A stretch of 64,000 nt of DNA from positions 71,317 through 135,316 of the forward strand of contig JBMORA010000024.1 of NCBI GenBank assembly GCA_049320885.1, in the 5' to 3' direction. The notes below the pieces were generated by a model, which was not told the origin of the DNA, searched no databases, and was given only the letters and a program-made list of their open reading frames with translations. Source of the stretch: Thermodesulfobacteriota bacterium (GTDB lineage Bacteria; Desulfobacterota; Desulfobacteria; Desulfobacterales; SURF-7). The position numbers and the translations under genes were made by a program. This document shows, piece by piece, positions 1 to 12,300 of the stretch; the stretch's first letter is position 1; every line of letters begins with the position of its first letter.

Positions 1-3000
1 TCCAAATACCGCTGCGGTAGGTGTGCATCTCGCTCATGCGGCCGTAGGCATCATATATGTATTGGACGGGATAGACCGCATCCCCCCAGGTATGGGTGAC
101 CTGGCCCTGGTCGTTGTAGGCAAACCGAGTGATCTTGCCGTCCGCATTGGTTTCGCTGACCTTTCTGCCGGTGACCGGGTCATAACCAAAGGTGGTGCGA
201 TTGGTCGCCGGGTCTTCCACATAGTCCACCTGGCCATTGTCATTGTAATGGGTGGTGGTGACGCCGGTGCGGGGATCGGTCGCCGTGGTGCGGCGGCCAA
301 GGTGGTCGTAGCCGTACGTGACGGTCACGCCGGTCTTGCCGGTGGACGACATCAAGCGTCCGCCCACGGTCACGGAGACCGCGTTGGTATCAGAATCCGG
401 ATAGTGCACGGTGCGGGTTTCGGTTTGGGTGGCCCGGTCCAGGGTAGCTCTTGAAATGGTCTGGTTGCCGTGGATGTCCATGGCAATGCTCTCGGCCGTC
501 AAGCCGCCCCCCAATCCGGTGAGCCGGCTGCGCTGGGTGGCCACGGTGGTGGCGCCGGGGCTGTCATCCATTGCAAATACCTGCTGCACGGTCTCCTGCC
601 ACCAGTGGCCGTCCGCCTGGATGAAAAGGGTTTCCGAGGCATTGATACGGTCCGTGGATGCCTCCTCCAGTGCCCCACTGGCGTTCAGATCCAGACCGCT
701 TTTCACCTGGTTGCCCAGTTCATCGTAGCCATACAGGGTGTCGGCCTGGCCGGTGATGACGGTTTTCACCAGGCGGCCGGCAGGGTCGTACACGCTAATA
801 GATTGTTCCGTGCCGTTGTATCCCGGCTTTTCCTGCTTCACGGTGCGGGAAAGCAGGTCCGTGGTGGTCTTTTCCCACATGGGTCCGCCAAGGGAACCGG
901 TATACACCTGGGTCCACTGGGTGCCGTCGGCATGGACGCCATAGGCATAGTAGCGCGGGATCACGCCGCTGCCGGTGACGCTCTTGGTACGGCCGTCCAG
1001 ATAGCGCGCGGTGATCTCGGTGATGGCGCCGGGCCGGGTGACGGTGGTCGCCAGGCCGTTTTGCTCATACGCGTAGTCGGTGGTAAAGCCCGCCGCATCG
1101 ATGGTGTAATCCAGGCGGCCGGCAATATCGTATACGCTGGTGCTGACCTGGCTGAGGTCGCCGGCCGTGACGATTTCGGTGAGCCTGCGGCCGGAAGCGT
1201 CATAGGTATACTGGGTGACGATGTCGGCCTGGCCAGGGGCCCCATGCCGGGTGATTGAGGTCACCCGTTTCAGGTCGTCATACAAGAACGCCCGGCTGAT
1301 GCCGGTCCGGTCGGTTTCCGAATCCTTGCCGCAACAGCCCCAGGTAGATTCGGTGACGCCGCCGTCGGCAGTGTAAGCGGCGATCACCCGGCCCAATTCA
1401 TCGTGGGCATTGACCGTCCAGGAAACCCGGATATAGCCGCCGGCGGTATGGATGTAGCTTTCCTGGAGCAATTCTTCGCCGGTGGACCCGGTGATGCTGA
1501 TCTCCCGGGTGGTCTTGCCGGGGATCCCCAGGGGGGCGGCCATGGTCCCATGGGCCACGATGACGCGCTCGTCCGTGCCGCTGCCGGGCAGGAAGGTTCC
1601 CGGCTGGGTCGGATCGGCGCTGGGCGTATATATGCCGTATTCATAGGTATAGGTATCCTGGCGGCCGTCGGTGTACACCATGGTCTTGAGCCGTTCCGAG
1701 CGGGCCGCGCCCGGTATCTCGGCATAATAGGTCCGGATTGTCCGCTGGTTGCTTGCATCGCCGTAGGCCGCACCCGGGGAGGTGCAGCGCTCCGTGACCT
1801 CGATGCGCTCAAGGTCGTCATTGGCCAGGTAGGCGGTATAGGATTTCGCCACCGTATGACCCAGGACGGTTTCGGTGACCGTGCGGGGGCTGTTTGCGTA
1901 CCGCGTGGTGTTGATATCCCCGGCGTCCAGCAACGTATAGTCGCTGAAGGTCACCACGGCTTCGCTTTCCGCGCAAGTGATCGGAACATCCAGGTAAGGC
2001 CGGACCTCCTTGACCGTGCGGCCCCGGCTGTCATATTCGTAACGGGTCCAGGAGCCGTCCGGGTTGATGACGCTCTTGATCCGGCCGTCGATCTGGTCGT
2101 TGCCGGTACCCTGATAATATTCCGTCGTGGTGGTCAGGGCCGCGCCGGCCGGATCAATGACCGTGCGGATGATTTCCTCGCCCCAGGGATAGGAGTGATG
2201 GGTGGTCTGCACCACGGAGGAAACCACGTTTTCCGCATCTTTGGTGGTGTGGGTCACCACCCGGTCGCCACCGGCATCCATGACTTCCGTCCGGCTTTCG
2301 ATCACGAGACCGTTGCCCCGGGATAGGGACCATTCGCCCTCGGCGGCATTCCAGGCATATTCGTACACCTTGGCGCTGCCGTTTTCCAGCTTGGTCAGCC
2401 GGAAGCAGTTATACACCGCCACCGAGGCATCCGGATTTTCCATGCGCCAAACCATCATGGGCGTCGCGGATGCATTGACGGTGTAGAAACCATCGGTTTT
2501 CGCCCCCTTGTCCCCGGGATGGTAGAACCGGATTTCATAGCTGAAATCACTGGTGGCGACCACATCCACAAAGGTCTGGGGGGCCGCGATCTGGCGGATT
2601 ACGCCGTTGTCATACAGGGCTTCCACTTCCGAACTTCCGGCAATGGTGGAAAATTCCAGGGACTTTGGCTTGGCAAGATCCGTCGATACGCTTTCGGCAT
2701 CGATGGTCAGGTCTCCGGCAAAGAGGCCGTCGGCGGCTTTCCCCAGGCCAAGGTGCACGCTGATGCTGGACAGACTGATCTCTTCTGCGCCAGGCATGGC
2801 GCACATGTTTTCACCCGCCCCCATGGCGCAGGAACATCCGACCTGGACTTTGACTTTCTTGTGAATATCCGGAAAGCCGGTCAGCGCCGCCTTCACCCAG
2901 ATATAGCCGCTGTCGCTCTTTTCCCCGGGCGTGAAGGTGCAGGTGGACTCGCTCTGTTCGGCAAGATCGGCTTTCACGCCTTCATAACCGGTGACTTTTT

Positions 3001-3256
3001 CCGTGGTCCAGGTGAGGGGCAGGTCCGCCACGGGACTGGTTTCCGCTTTCAGGGTCACGGTCTTGCCAAACGGAATGGGATATTCCTTCTTGTCGGCCGA
3101 ATTGGCAAAGACGATTTCCTTGATGGAAGGGATGGCCACCTCCACGGTCTTGCCCAGGGCCGCAAGGCATTTTTCCGGATATCGACCGAATGCCGTTATG
3201 GATAGCGAAATCAGCAGCGCTGTTCTCACCCACTTGCTTGTCGTCAACCGATTCAT
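1..3256 (-). CDS. RHS/YD-repeat protein with N-terminal signal peptide (3' end beyond window)
   Basis: ATG at 3256 after AAGGA. Translated by hand: MNRLTTSKWVRTALLISLSITAFG..., with YD repeats RYEYDSRGR, FLYDDLKR, QYTYDASGRR, SVYDIAGR and QYIYDAYGR. Same frame at both ends. Absent from the ORF track because its stop lies outside the window. Confidence 0.9.
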   Translation of the reverse strand, partial: MNRLTTSKWVRTALLISLSITAFGRYPEKCLAALGKTVEVAIPSIKEIVFANSADKKEYPIPFGKTVTLKAETSPVADLPLTWTTEKVTGYEGVKADLAEQSESTCTFTPGEKSDSGYIWVKAALTGFPDIHKKVKVQVGCSCAMGAGENMCAMPGAEEISLSSISVHLGLGKAADGLFAGDLTIDAESVSTDLAKPKSLEFSTIAGSSEVEALYDNGVIRQIAAPQTFVDVVATSDFSYEIRFYHPGDKGAKTDGFYTVNASATPMMVWRMENPDASVAVYNCFRLTKLENGSAKVYEYAWNAAEGEWSLSRGNGLVIESRTEVMDAGGDRVVTHTTKDAENVVSSVVQTTHHSYPWGEEIIRTVIDPAGAALTTTTEYYQGTGNDQIDGRIKSVINPDGSWTRYEYDSRGRTVKEVRPYLDVPITCAESEAVVTFSDYTLLDAGDINTTRYANSPRTVTETVLGHTVAKSYTAYLANDDLERIEVTERCTSPGAAYGDASNQRTIRTYYAEIPGAARSERLKTMVYTDGRQDTYTYEYGIYTPSADPTQPGTFLPGSGTDERVIVAHGTMAAPLGIPGKTTREISITGSTGEELLQESYIHTAGGYIRVSWTVNAHDELGRVIAAYTADGGVTESTWGCCGKDSETDRTGISRAFLYDDLKRVTSITRHGAPGQADIVTQYTYDASGRRLTEIVTAGDLSQVSTSVYDIAGRLDYTIDAAGFTTDYAYEQNGLATTVTRPGAITEITARYLDGRTKSVTGSGVIPRYYAYGVHADGTQWTQVYTGSLGGPMWEKTTTDLLSRTVKQEKPGYNGTEQSISVYDPAGRLVKTVITGQADTLYGYDELGNQVKSGLDLNASGALEEASTDRINASETLFIQADGHWWQETVQQVFAMDDSPGATTVATQRSRLTGLGGGLTAESIAMDIHGNQTISRATLDRATQTETRTVHYPDSDTNAVSVTVGGRLMSSTGKTGVTVTYGYDHLGRRTTATDPRTGVTTTHYNDNGQVDYVEDPATNRTTFGYDPVTGRKVSETNADGKITRFAYNDQGQVTHTWGDAVYPVQYIYDAYGRMSEMHTYRSGIW

Positions 3257-3294
3257 TGCTTGATTCCTTTTCGAAAATGATCCGCATTCCTATT

Positions 3295-3360
3295 CTGGAT
3301 GCCGGATCAAGTACGGCATGACGGAAACCGAGAGTTCCGACATTTTTTTTAAACGATCAA
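3295..3360. repeat. Degenerate REP-like palindromic element
   Basis: CTGGATGCCGGATCAAGTACGGCATGACGG hairpin followed by GACATTTTTTTTAAACGATCAA; same layout as the copy at 45820. Confidence 0.5.
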
Positions 3361-3370
3361 TACTGAGCTG

Positions 3371-6300
3371 TTAAAACCCGCTGTCCAGAGTCACCTGCAC
3401 CTGAACACCGATGAGGATTTCCCGGCCGATCAAGGCCCCTTCCACCTCGCTGTCGTGTTGCACCCAGATCTTGCCGTCGGGCGCGAATATATTGGCCTTC
3501 AGGATGTTCTGGCCGCCGATCTTCACCGCCGTTGCCAGGGTGTTTCCTTTCCTGCCTTTGTAACCGTGAACCACCATCACAATATCCCGGGCGCCGATGG
3601 CGGAGCCCTCGGCCGGCCCGATATAGGCCTTGCGCCCCTGGCTGAGGCCGCCTTCAATGATCAGCACGGTGGGGCCGCCGAACAGGACCCGGCAGTTGTT
3701 GTCGCCGATATCGAGATCCTCCAGATGATAGACGCCGCCGGTGAACACCAGGGTGGACCGCGTCTTGAGGCGGACCTCCCCATAGGCGCCGGGTGTGAGG
3801 GTGAGCTCCCCGCCCGGCATGACCGTGATGTCCGCTTCTCCCGGAGCAGGATCCGGAAAAACCGGCAAGGCAAAGTCCAGCGGCAACTCCAGGGGCGTCA
3901 CGGCCGCGCCGCGGATGGTGCCCCGGTTGCGCAGCTGGTTGTAGTAGACCTCGTCCACGGAGGCGCCGTGCTTGATATGCACGGTGTCACCGTACAGCGC
4001 GGCGCCTTCGTTCATCCAAGCGTTGTGACCGACGATGACTTCCCCGCGGAAGCACTTTTTCCCGCCCCAGAGGTCCTGATCCAGAACCGCCGCATGGCCG
4101 CTGTTGATCCGGGCGCCGGCCTCCAGATGGATCTTTTCCGTGGCGATGAGGCTGGCGGTGGAAAGGCGCAGGCCATTGTCCGCCACCACGGTGAGGATCA
4201 CGCTGTCCGTATGGCGATCCTTGCCGTCGTACACTTCCAGGGCCGTTCCGTAGGCGCCGATGACATCCGGCACAAAGGATGCCAGGCTGGTGTCCGCGCC
4301 GGCGATATCCGCGGCGGTCAGGGCGCTCCCGGCGGGCAGCGCTGTAAAGGACCAGTGGTAGGTCAAGGCGGAAGGACCATTGTCCGGATCACTGCTGCCG
4401 GCGCCGTCCAGGTGGGCGGTCTCACCCAAATAAATGACCGCGCCTATGCCCGCATCGGCGATGGGCGGGATGTTGGTGATCAGGATCGTGTAGCTTTCCG
4501 TAACGGTCAGACTCCGGTTGCCGGCGGGATCCACGGCCATGAATTTCAGCAGCGTGTCCTCTTCGATGGCAAAGGACCCTGAATACACGATGGATTCGGT
4601 TGTTGGGTCGCTTCCGTCCAGGGTGTAATAGATGACGCTCGGCTCATCGGCCGTCAGGCTGATCTCCTGAACCCCCTCGTAAACACCGCCGGCGGGCGCG
4701 GCCGTGACCAGCGGCGGCGTGCGGTCGATGATCAGGGCGCCCGGGGCGTAGCTGGCCGGCGCGGCAGTCGCGTCGTCGGTGATGACAGCGTAGACAAAGT
4801 AGGCCCCATCCCCAAGGGCGCTGATATCCCAGTTCCAGCTGTCCCCGGTTTCGCCGTCAGCGTCCTCCAGCAGCCCGGCGGCGATGGGCATGCCGTCGGC
4901 CCCGGTGTTGTCCGTATCGGCGTAAAGCGTTATCCGGGCGTTGCTGTCCGGATCGCCATCCTCCCATTTGATGGTGAAAGCGCCGGCATTGGTGGACACT
5001 TCTGCCGCCGGCTCCGTCACGGTGATGGCCGGGGGATCGTCCGTTCCATTGCTGTCTGTGAAGAAGGCGAAGGTCGCGGTCCACTCGCCGGCCAGCCCGT
5101 GTTCATCCGTGGCCCGGCACCGCCAGTAATACCAGATGTTGTCGGAAAGCTGGGCATCCACCACCCAGGCCGTGACGCCCTCTGTTCCGGCCGGCAAATC
5201 GGGGCTCACCACCACAAGCTCGGTCATGGCCGCGTCATGATAGACTTCAAAGGTGTAGGTGACCGCATCCTGATCCGCGTCGATGCTGTTGCCCACCTCC
5301 AGGACCGGGGTGCGGGTGTCCACCGCGGTTCCGTCCGCCGGCCGGCTGCTGAAGAACGCGCCCGGCGGGTCGTTTTCCGTGTTGACGAAGAAGCGGCCGT
5401 ACACCCAGCTGGTGGCACAGATGCCGTCACCGGCCCGAACGCGCCAATAATACCAGGTATTGTCGGTCAGGGGTTCCGGCACAGGCCAGACCGTATGGGG
5501 CAGGGCCTGGGGAACATCCGCCTGGCCCGCCACCAGGTCCGTCATGGCTTCATCCCCATAGACCTCGAAGGTATAGTGAACGGGCGCGCCGTTCGCACCC
5601 GCGCTGTTTTCGATGGTGATTTCCGGCGCAAGTTCGGCGACTTCCCCGCCGTCCGCCGGCAGCAGGATAACAGGCAGGGTGGGGGCGTCGCTCTGCACCG
5701 GATCCGTGCCGTTCCGGTATTCGTCAAGATCGCTGAGACCGTCGTTGTCATAATCGCCGCTGCCGTCCCGGTCCAGGGCACCGAAATGGGTCATTTCCCA
5801 GTCGTCCTGTATGCCGTCATTGTCGGTGTCGCCTTCCAGTTCGATATGAATCCTGAGGGATTTTTCCGCCGTATTGCCGGCAGCGTCCGTGGCCCGGGCC
5901 GTCACAATGTAATCCCCGGAAATGTAGAACAGGGTGGGCGAGGGATAATTCGCCGTGACCGCCGGAGCGGGATCATGATTGTCCGTGGCCGTGTAGGTAA
6001 CGGTCACGGGATGATCGGCATGGGTGTCCGCGGCCGGGGTAAAGGCGATCACCGGCGGGGTGCTGTCCTGCATCAGGGTCACGGCCGCCGAGGGCGGGCT
6101 TTCGTTGCCGGCCCGGTCAACGGCGGTGACATGATATGAATGCGCGATGCCGGCCGGAATATGGTCATCCTGATAACTGCTCCGGACGGCCGGGAAGGAG
6201 TTGAGCCGGACGCCGTTGCGGTAAACATGATACCCCACAAGGTCCGCTTCCGGATTGGGGCTCCAGGTCAGGTTCGCCACGTTCCCGGTGACGGTTGCGG

Positions 6301-9300
6301 CAAGCCCGGCGGGTATTCCGGGCGCCATCCGGTCGGCCACCGTGAATGCGGTGGTTTTTTCCGAGAACAGGTTTTCGCCCGTTAGCTGCGCGGAAAGGAC
6401 GTGCCGGCCCAAGGGGAACGAACCCGGATCAAAGTGGAAGATCTCTTCCCCTTCCAGGGTCACTTCCTGTTCCGCCACGATCCCGCCGTCTGCGGTAAGC
6501 GTGATCCGGCCGGTATACGGCTCACAGGCAATCGTTTCCACCCGGGCGGTGATCGGTTCGGTCGCGCCGTAGACCATCCGGTCAACGGCAAGGGCCGTCA
6601 CCGCCGCGGGTTGCACCTCAAAGGGCTCCCAGGCGCTCATCAGTTCCAGGAGCGTATCCGCCTTGTATATCGTATACACCACGTAATGGATGCCCGCCCG
6701 GGGCGTGCTGAAGCCAGCCGGCGGTAAATCCATCCGATTGTCGCCGGCCGCGAGGCGGGCGTCGGTTTCGAACAGCGGCATGTATTCGCCGTCCGGCCGG
6801 TAGATCCAGCCTTTCACGATGACATCCAGCGGTTCCGAGATATCGACGGCAAGGGAAAGCGCCAACGTGTCTGTCGGTTCATAGATTTCCTTGTCGAAAA
6901 CCGCTTCCAGCGCCCTGGCATCGTATCCATTGACATAAACGGGACAAGCGCCGGTGTGTCCGCCCAGTTGGTATTCCACCAGATACCGATCCGACACCAT
7001 TTCGTCCGGCAACACGAAATGAAAGGTGGTGTCCCCGTTGACCGGCAAGGTTTCGTCAAATCCCGGAGCAGCCACCGTCAGATCCCCGTTTTCAGCGGTC
7101 AGCACCTGCATCATCACGGTGTCGCCCGGCGAGTAGACGGCCCGGTCCGGGTACAGGGTGATGGTTCCATCCTGCAACCGGATGGGGATGGTATTGATGT
7201 AAACGGACCTGCCCGAAGCCATGTAAAGACCGACCGTCAGTTGCTCCGGCATGGCCCCGGTCACGGGAATATGGAATGGCATGGTGTTGCTGTCGCCAAG
7301 AATGAAACTTTCCACCACCTCCCCGGAATTGGAGACCACCCGGGCCAGCATCTCCGGATGGGCATCGCTGGGGTTGACGACCGTAACGGTCAGGACGGCC
7401 GTATCGCCGATATGGTAAACAGGTTGATCCAGCAAAGCCGAGACATCGATGGAAAGCCCGCCGATGCGGAAGGGGATTTCGGTTACCGCACCCTCTACAT
7501 TCAGAACGGCCTTATAGTCTCCGGCAGCGATGTCGTCCGGCACCTCGAAATGATAGGTAACCGTTTCGGTTTCTCCGGGCGACAACCAGAAATTCCCGGT
7601 TTCATCCAGGATGTCCAGCATGGAAAAATGAATTCCGGCAGCTCCCTGGGTCATCCCGGAATTCCGTACGGTAAAGGTGATTTCCCCTTTTGCGCCCGGG
7701 GTATAGACCGGCATGACGGGATAGGAAGCAGGTTCGAACCGGGGGCCGCTGATCTCCAGCTCCGCCTCGGCCTGCTGAACGGGGACACCGACCCGAGACA
7801 CCAGCGCCTGCAAGGGATAGACGCCTCCAGGCAGTTCCGCGGTGGCAACTTCCCATTCGAAAAGCGCGCCTTGTCCGACTCCCGGGGAAAGTGACGCGGC
7901 CTCATCCAGGAAATCGGCCGTGACCGCAAGGTCGCCTGCGAAATGATTGGCCCCCCGGTTCCAAACCATCACCGCCACATTTACCTTGCCAGGCGCTGAA
8001 CGCCTTGCGGTCCAATGGACCGCATTGGTTATAAGGGTTTGCATGGCGGGATTGTCGGTGAACAGGTTCCCGCCGGCGCTGTCCGCCGCCGCGAACTGGA
8101 CGATCCGGCCCAGCTCAACGGCTTTCACGGCCACGGCATTGGGCAGGAGAGTCCCGGCCATCACCACTGTCGCGTCCGCTTTCAAGGCGCCCCGGTTGCC
8201 GTCGATGACGTCAAAACCAATCGGTTCGGTGATGCCTTCCGTAACGGGATGCACCGCCACCTTCGTAAAACCATCCGCTCCCCGGGCATATCCATATTGC
8301 GCCGGATCGAACAGGTACAATTCCGCCAAACCGGCATAGGCGCCGTTTTCGGCGTTTTCCGCCACCACCTGTTCTGTGATGACCAGGCCGCCGCCGTTGC
8401 GGACGAATTCCGTCACAATCGCCTGGGTCTGGGGCGGCATCGCCGTGCCGTCATTGCCGCTGTCCGCCAGAACGATCACATCGAAATCCCGGGGACTCGG
8501 GTCGGCGCCGTCCCATTCCGTGGAAAGCGCTCGGGTGACCGTTACCTCCTTCCCGGCCTTTGCCAGCGCGGTCTCCACATCGGTTGCGGCGAGGCTGTCA
8601 GAAAGAAGCAGCACCCTGGATGAATGCGGGTAGCCGATATCCAGGCCCACTTCCAGCCGGTCCGTTCCCAGAACCGATACCGGGATGCTGCCGCTGCCGA
8701 AGACGGATTCATAGGTGAGGCTGTAGTCGCCGGCCCCGACGTTGAACGTCAGGGAATCGGCAATGCTCCCGCCGGCAGGCGCGAAAACGGTCCTGGTCAG
8801 CGTTTCGCCGTTCAACCGGAAAGTCATCTCCGCCTCGCTGTCCATGCAGCCTGTATTCTCCGCGATATACGGGATGACCAGAACGCCTTCCGTGTAGTAT
8901 TCCGCCGGCGAAACCGTAACCGCCAGCTGCTCGCAGAAATCCACGGCATGCCGAAAGGTCTGATCCACATCGCCGGTGATGACGACGGGGATGGTCGCAT
9001 CCGCGATGATGTTGACCGGCTCGGTCACCACCAGCCGCTGTCCGGCCGGAATCGTCAGGGGGTGGGCTTTCTCTGCCACCACCACATCCACCCGGAGATC
9101 CACCGCCCCCTGGTTGGTCAGGGCCACGGAAAGATCAAAAGGCGCCCTGCCGGCCCTTTCCGGTGATATGTCCACCGAAAGCGCCGGCGCGCCCACCGTC
9201 ACCTGCAAGGGCAGCTCGGCCGTGTCCAGCCTGCCGGTGATCATGAAGGATGTTTCCGGCGCAACAACGCCGAAGGCGAACGGATGTTCTCCCAGTCCCG

Positions 9301-12300
9301 GCAGATCAGCAGTTTCGCTGTATACCAGGGCCCCGTTGATCTCAAAGGACAGGTGGCGCCCGACCACCGGGTCCGTCAGGGTGTTGATGACGTTTCCGCT
9401 GATCAGAACCGTATCGCCGGAGCGATAGATCTCCTTGTCCGCATCAAAGATCAGCCGGATATGATCATCGTTTATGTAAAACACGCTGCTGTCTTCGGCT
9501 ATTTTCTGGGATAGCGAATTGGTCAGGGCGCCTTTCAGGATGTAGCGGCCTTCCGGGAGTTGCACTTCCAGCGGAATTTCCAAATGACGGTTTTCGAAAA
9601 GCGCCAGGGGCAGGCGTTGCGACCAGACAAGATTGCCGGCACCGCCTTCGCCGCCCACCAGCACCTCGCGCAGCATTGGAAAATATTCGCCGTCTTCACT
9701 CCCGATATAGGCGTTTTGGAAGTTTATTTCTATTTCCAGCCAGCGGCCGGGCCCGGAGGTGACAGGGCTGACAAAAACCACCGGTCCTTCACCGGATTCC
9801 CGGCCATAGCTGGTCCACCCGGCTTTCGCCAGGGCGCCTTCCGTATCCGCGGTGCGCGTGGAAACCTGAATGCAGGCGGCGCCCATCTCCTCGGCAAGAA
9901 GCTGCAGCAGCCCCCACGTTTTCCGGCCACCGGCATCCAGTTTCAGGGTGACGGACCGACCCTTGGGACCCAATTTGTAAAACCGTCCATTCTGGTCCAC
10001 GGCCACCACGCCGCCATCCGCGCCGACGGCCATTCCCGCCTCACCGCGCACGGGCACTCGATAGTTCCAATGCAAGGTGCCGTCCGGGTTCAGGGCCTGA
10101 ATCGAGCTGTAATACCAGCCGTATTCCTGGGCAAGCACGGCGGCGTAGACCGTTCCGTCTGGGCCGACGGACGGTTTGGCTGTTATCCAGCCATCGAGAG
10201 CATATGCCCAGCGTTCTGCACCGTTCGGATCAATGGAGATGATTTGATTTCCGTATGCCGTCACGTACACCGTCCCGTCGGGACCCAGTTCGGGCCGACT
10301 CGTCAGGGACCCGATGGTGTTTTTCCATCGAAGCGCGCCGTCCGGATGGAGGGCATGCAGATTGCCGTCGCTGGTGCATACATATACCGTTCCGTCGGCG
10401 CCGACACTCACGGGGTGTGAGATCCAAGCGCCGGGGGCGTAGCGCCAGACTTCGGAACCATCCGGATCCATGGTCAGGATCTGGCTTTCCCCGTCTTTGA
10501 AAACAGGCCAATAAACAGCGCCGTCCGGTCCGACGGAAGGTGCCTGAGGCGTCTCGGCAGACGGTTCGCAGCGCTGCCATTTTTCCGTGCCGTCCGGATT
10601 CAGGGCCAACAAGCGGCCTGCACCCGAAGAGACATGGACAGTTCCGTCCGGTCCGATGACAGGTGAGATCAGTGTTTCCCCATCACTTTCAAAGGTCCAC
10701 AGTTCGACACCGGCCCTGACGGCATGGACGACATTTGCGCAAACGATATACACCTCGCCGTCGCGACCCAACACCGGCGAGGAACAGGATGACCCACCGG
10801 TCAAAAAAGACCAGCCGGAAGCACCGTCGGCCCGGACTGTATAGAGGACGCCGGCCGGCACTTCCCCAAGTCCCATGAACGCATGAACGGTGCCGTCGGA
10901 ATCCATAACCGGTTCAGCCTGGTACCGATTCCACGAATCGTGGAACCACTGGATTCGTCCGTCGGGATCTTCCGGTCCGACGGCGCCCCCCCCCCGATCC
11001 ATCGGCAGGACATCACCCGGCCGGGAATCGATGTCCACCAAATGCAAGTCGGCGGTTTGCCAGTCTTCCCGGCTGGTCCATATTTTTTCCGCGGCATGGA
11101 CTTCCAGATCCAGCGCGCCGTTTTCAATTTCTCCCTGGCCAAGGGTCAGATCCGCCCGTATGGTTTTCGGATCCGCCCGGAAATAGACCTCCCGGTCCGG
11201 GGTCAGTTCCAACCCCGCTTCCACCCCGCTGATATCCAGGCGGTCATGATATACCGTGGTTTCTCCGGCAGCCGTATCCGTCACCTGCGCCCGGAGCGAA
11301 TAACTTCCGGATTTCGCCGGCTCCGGTATCACGACCAAGACCCGTCCGGTTCCGTCCACCGGCAGGGATTGCGATCCTTCGGCGACGGCTATGGGATGAT
11401 TCCTTTCATCCAGCAGTGTGAACGTATATCCGGCTGTCGTCGGTGTACCGCCGGAGTTCGCCAGCTCCACGGCGATGGTTTCTCCGGCCTGGTACCTGTC
11501 GCCGGAAAAACGCAGGTCGATTTTGGCAGGCATCACATAGAAGTCGCAGGATGTCCGCTTCGATGAACCGTTTATGAAAAGCGATACAATGGCGGTATGC
11601 ACACCGGCAACGGCGGATTCCGGAACCATGAAGGCAAACGCGGTCCGGCGGCTCTGGCCGGGAAGGAGCGTCATCGTCTGCTGGTCATTCACCGAAAGCT
11701 GCGGAATCGAAAGGGTCAGTTCCATGTCTTCCAGTGCGATCCGGCCGTTGTTGGCGGCGGTAACCGTCAGCTCCACCGATTGTCCGCCACGATATTCATT
11801 GCGGTCGAAGCAGCCGGCGACTGAAGCGGAACAATCGATCTTCTTGACGCTTGTGTAATTCCTGCCGCCCAGGTCAATTTGATACGTCAGCGCATACTCC
11901 CCGAAGACCACCTGATCGATGGAAAAAGGAAGGGCGATGCTGAACCATTGCTCTTCTTGCGGTTCGAAGGTTCGGGTCTCGTTCATCAGCGTGATTCCGT
12001 TGGGATCGGCCAGTGAAACCGTCATCCTTCCGAAATCCCCCGGCACGATCCCCCCGGCATTCGCATTGTGAATGTCAAACGAAACAGCCGCGGCCTCCGG
12101 CTGCAGGATCATCGGCGCATGCGGAAATACCTGCATCTCGGCTTTCGGCACGTCGAAGGTCGTCCGATATCCGGCGGCGATCTTCCTGCCTTGAAAATAA
12201 ATGGCCGCTGTTACCGTGTATTGCCCTGCCTTGGCGGGATTTCCCAAGGTCAGTTCCATTTCTTCTTCCTTGGCGCTCCTGGAGATCCATACGGGGCGGG

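Noticed and set aside
23..3205. Plus-strand ORFs 23-454, 470-1258, 1403-2326 and 2519-3205
   Set aside because: All are in the mirror frame of the minus-strand RHS gene and are antisense shadows.
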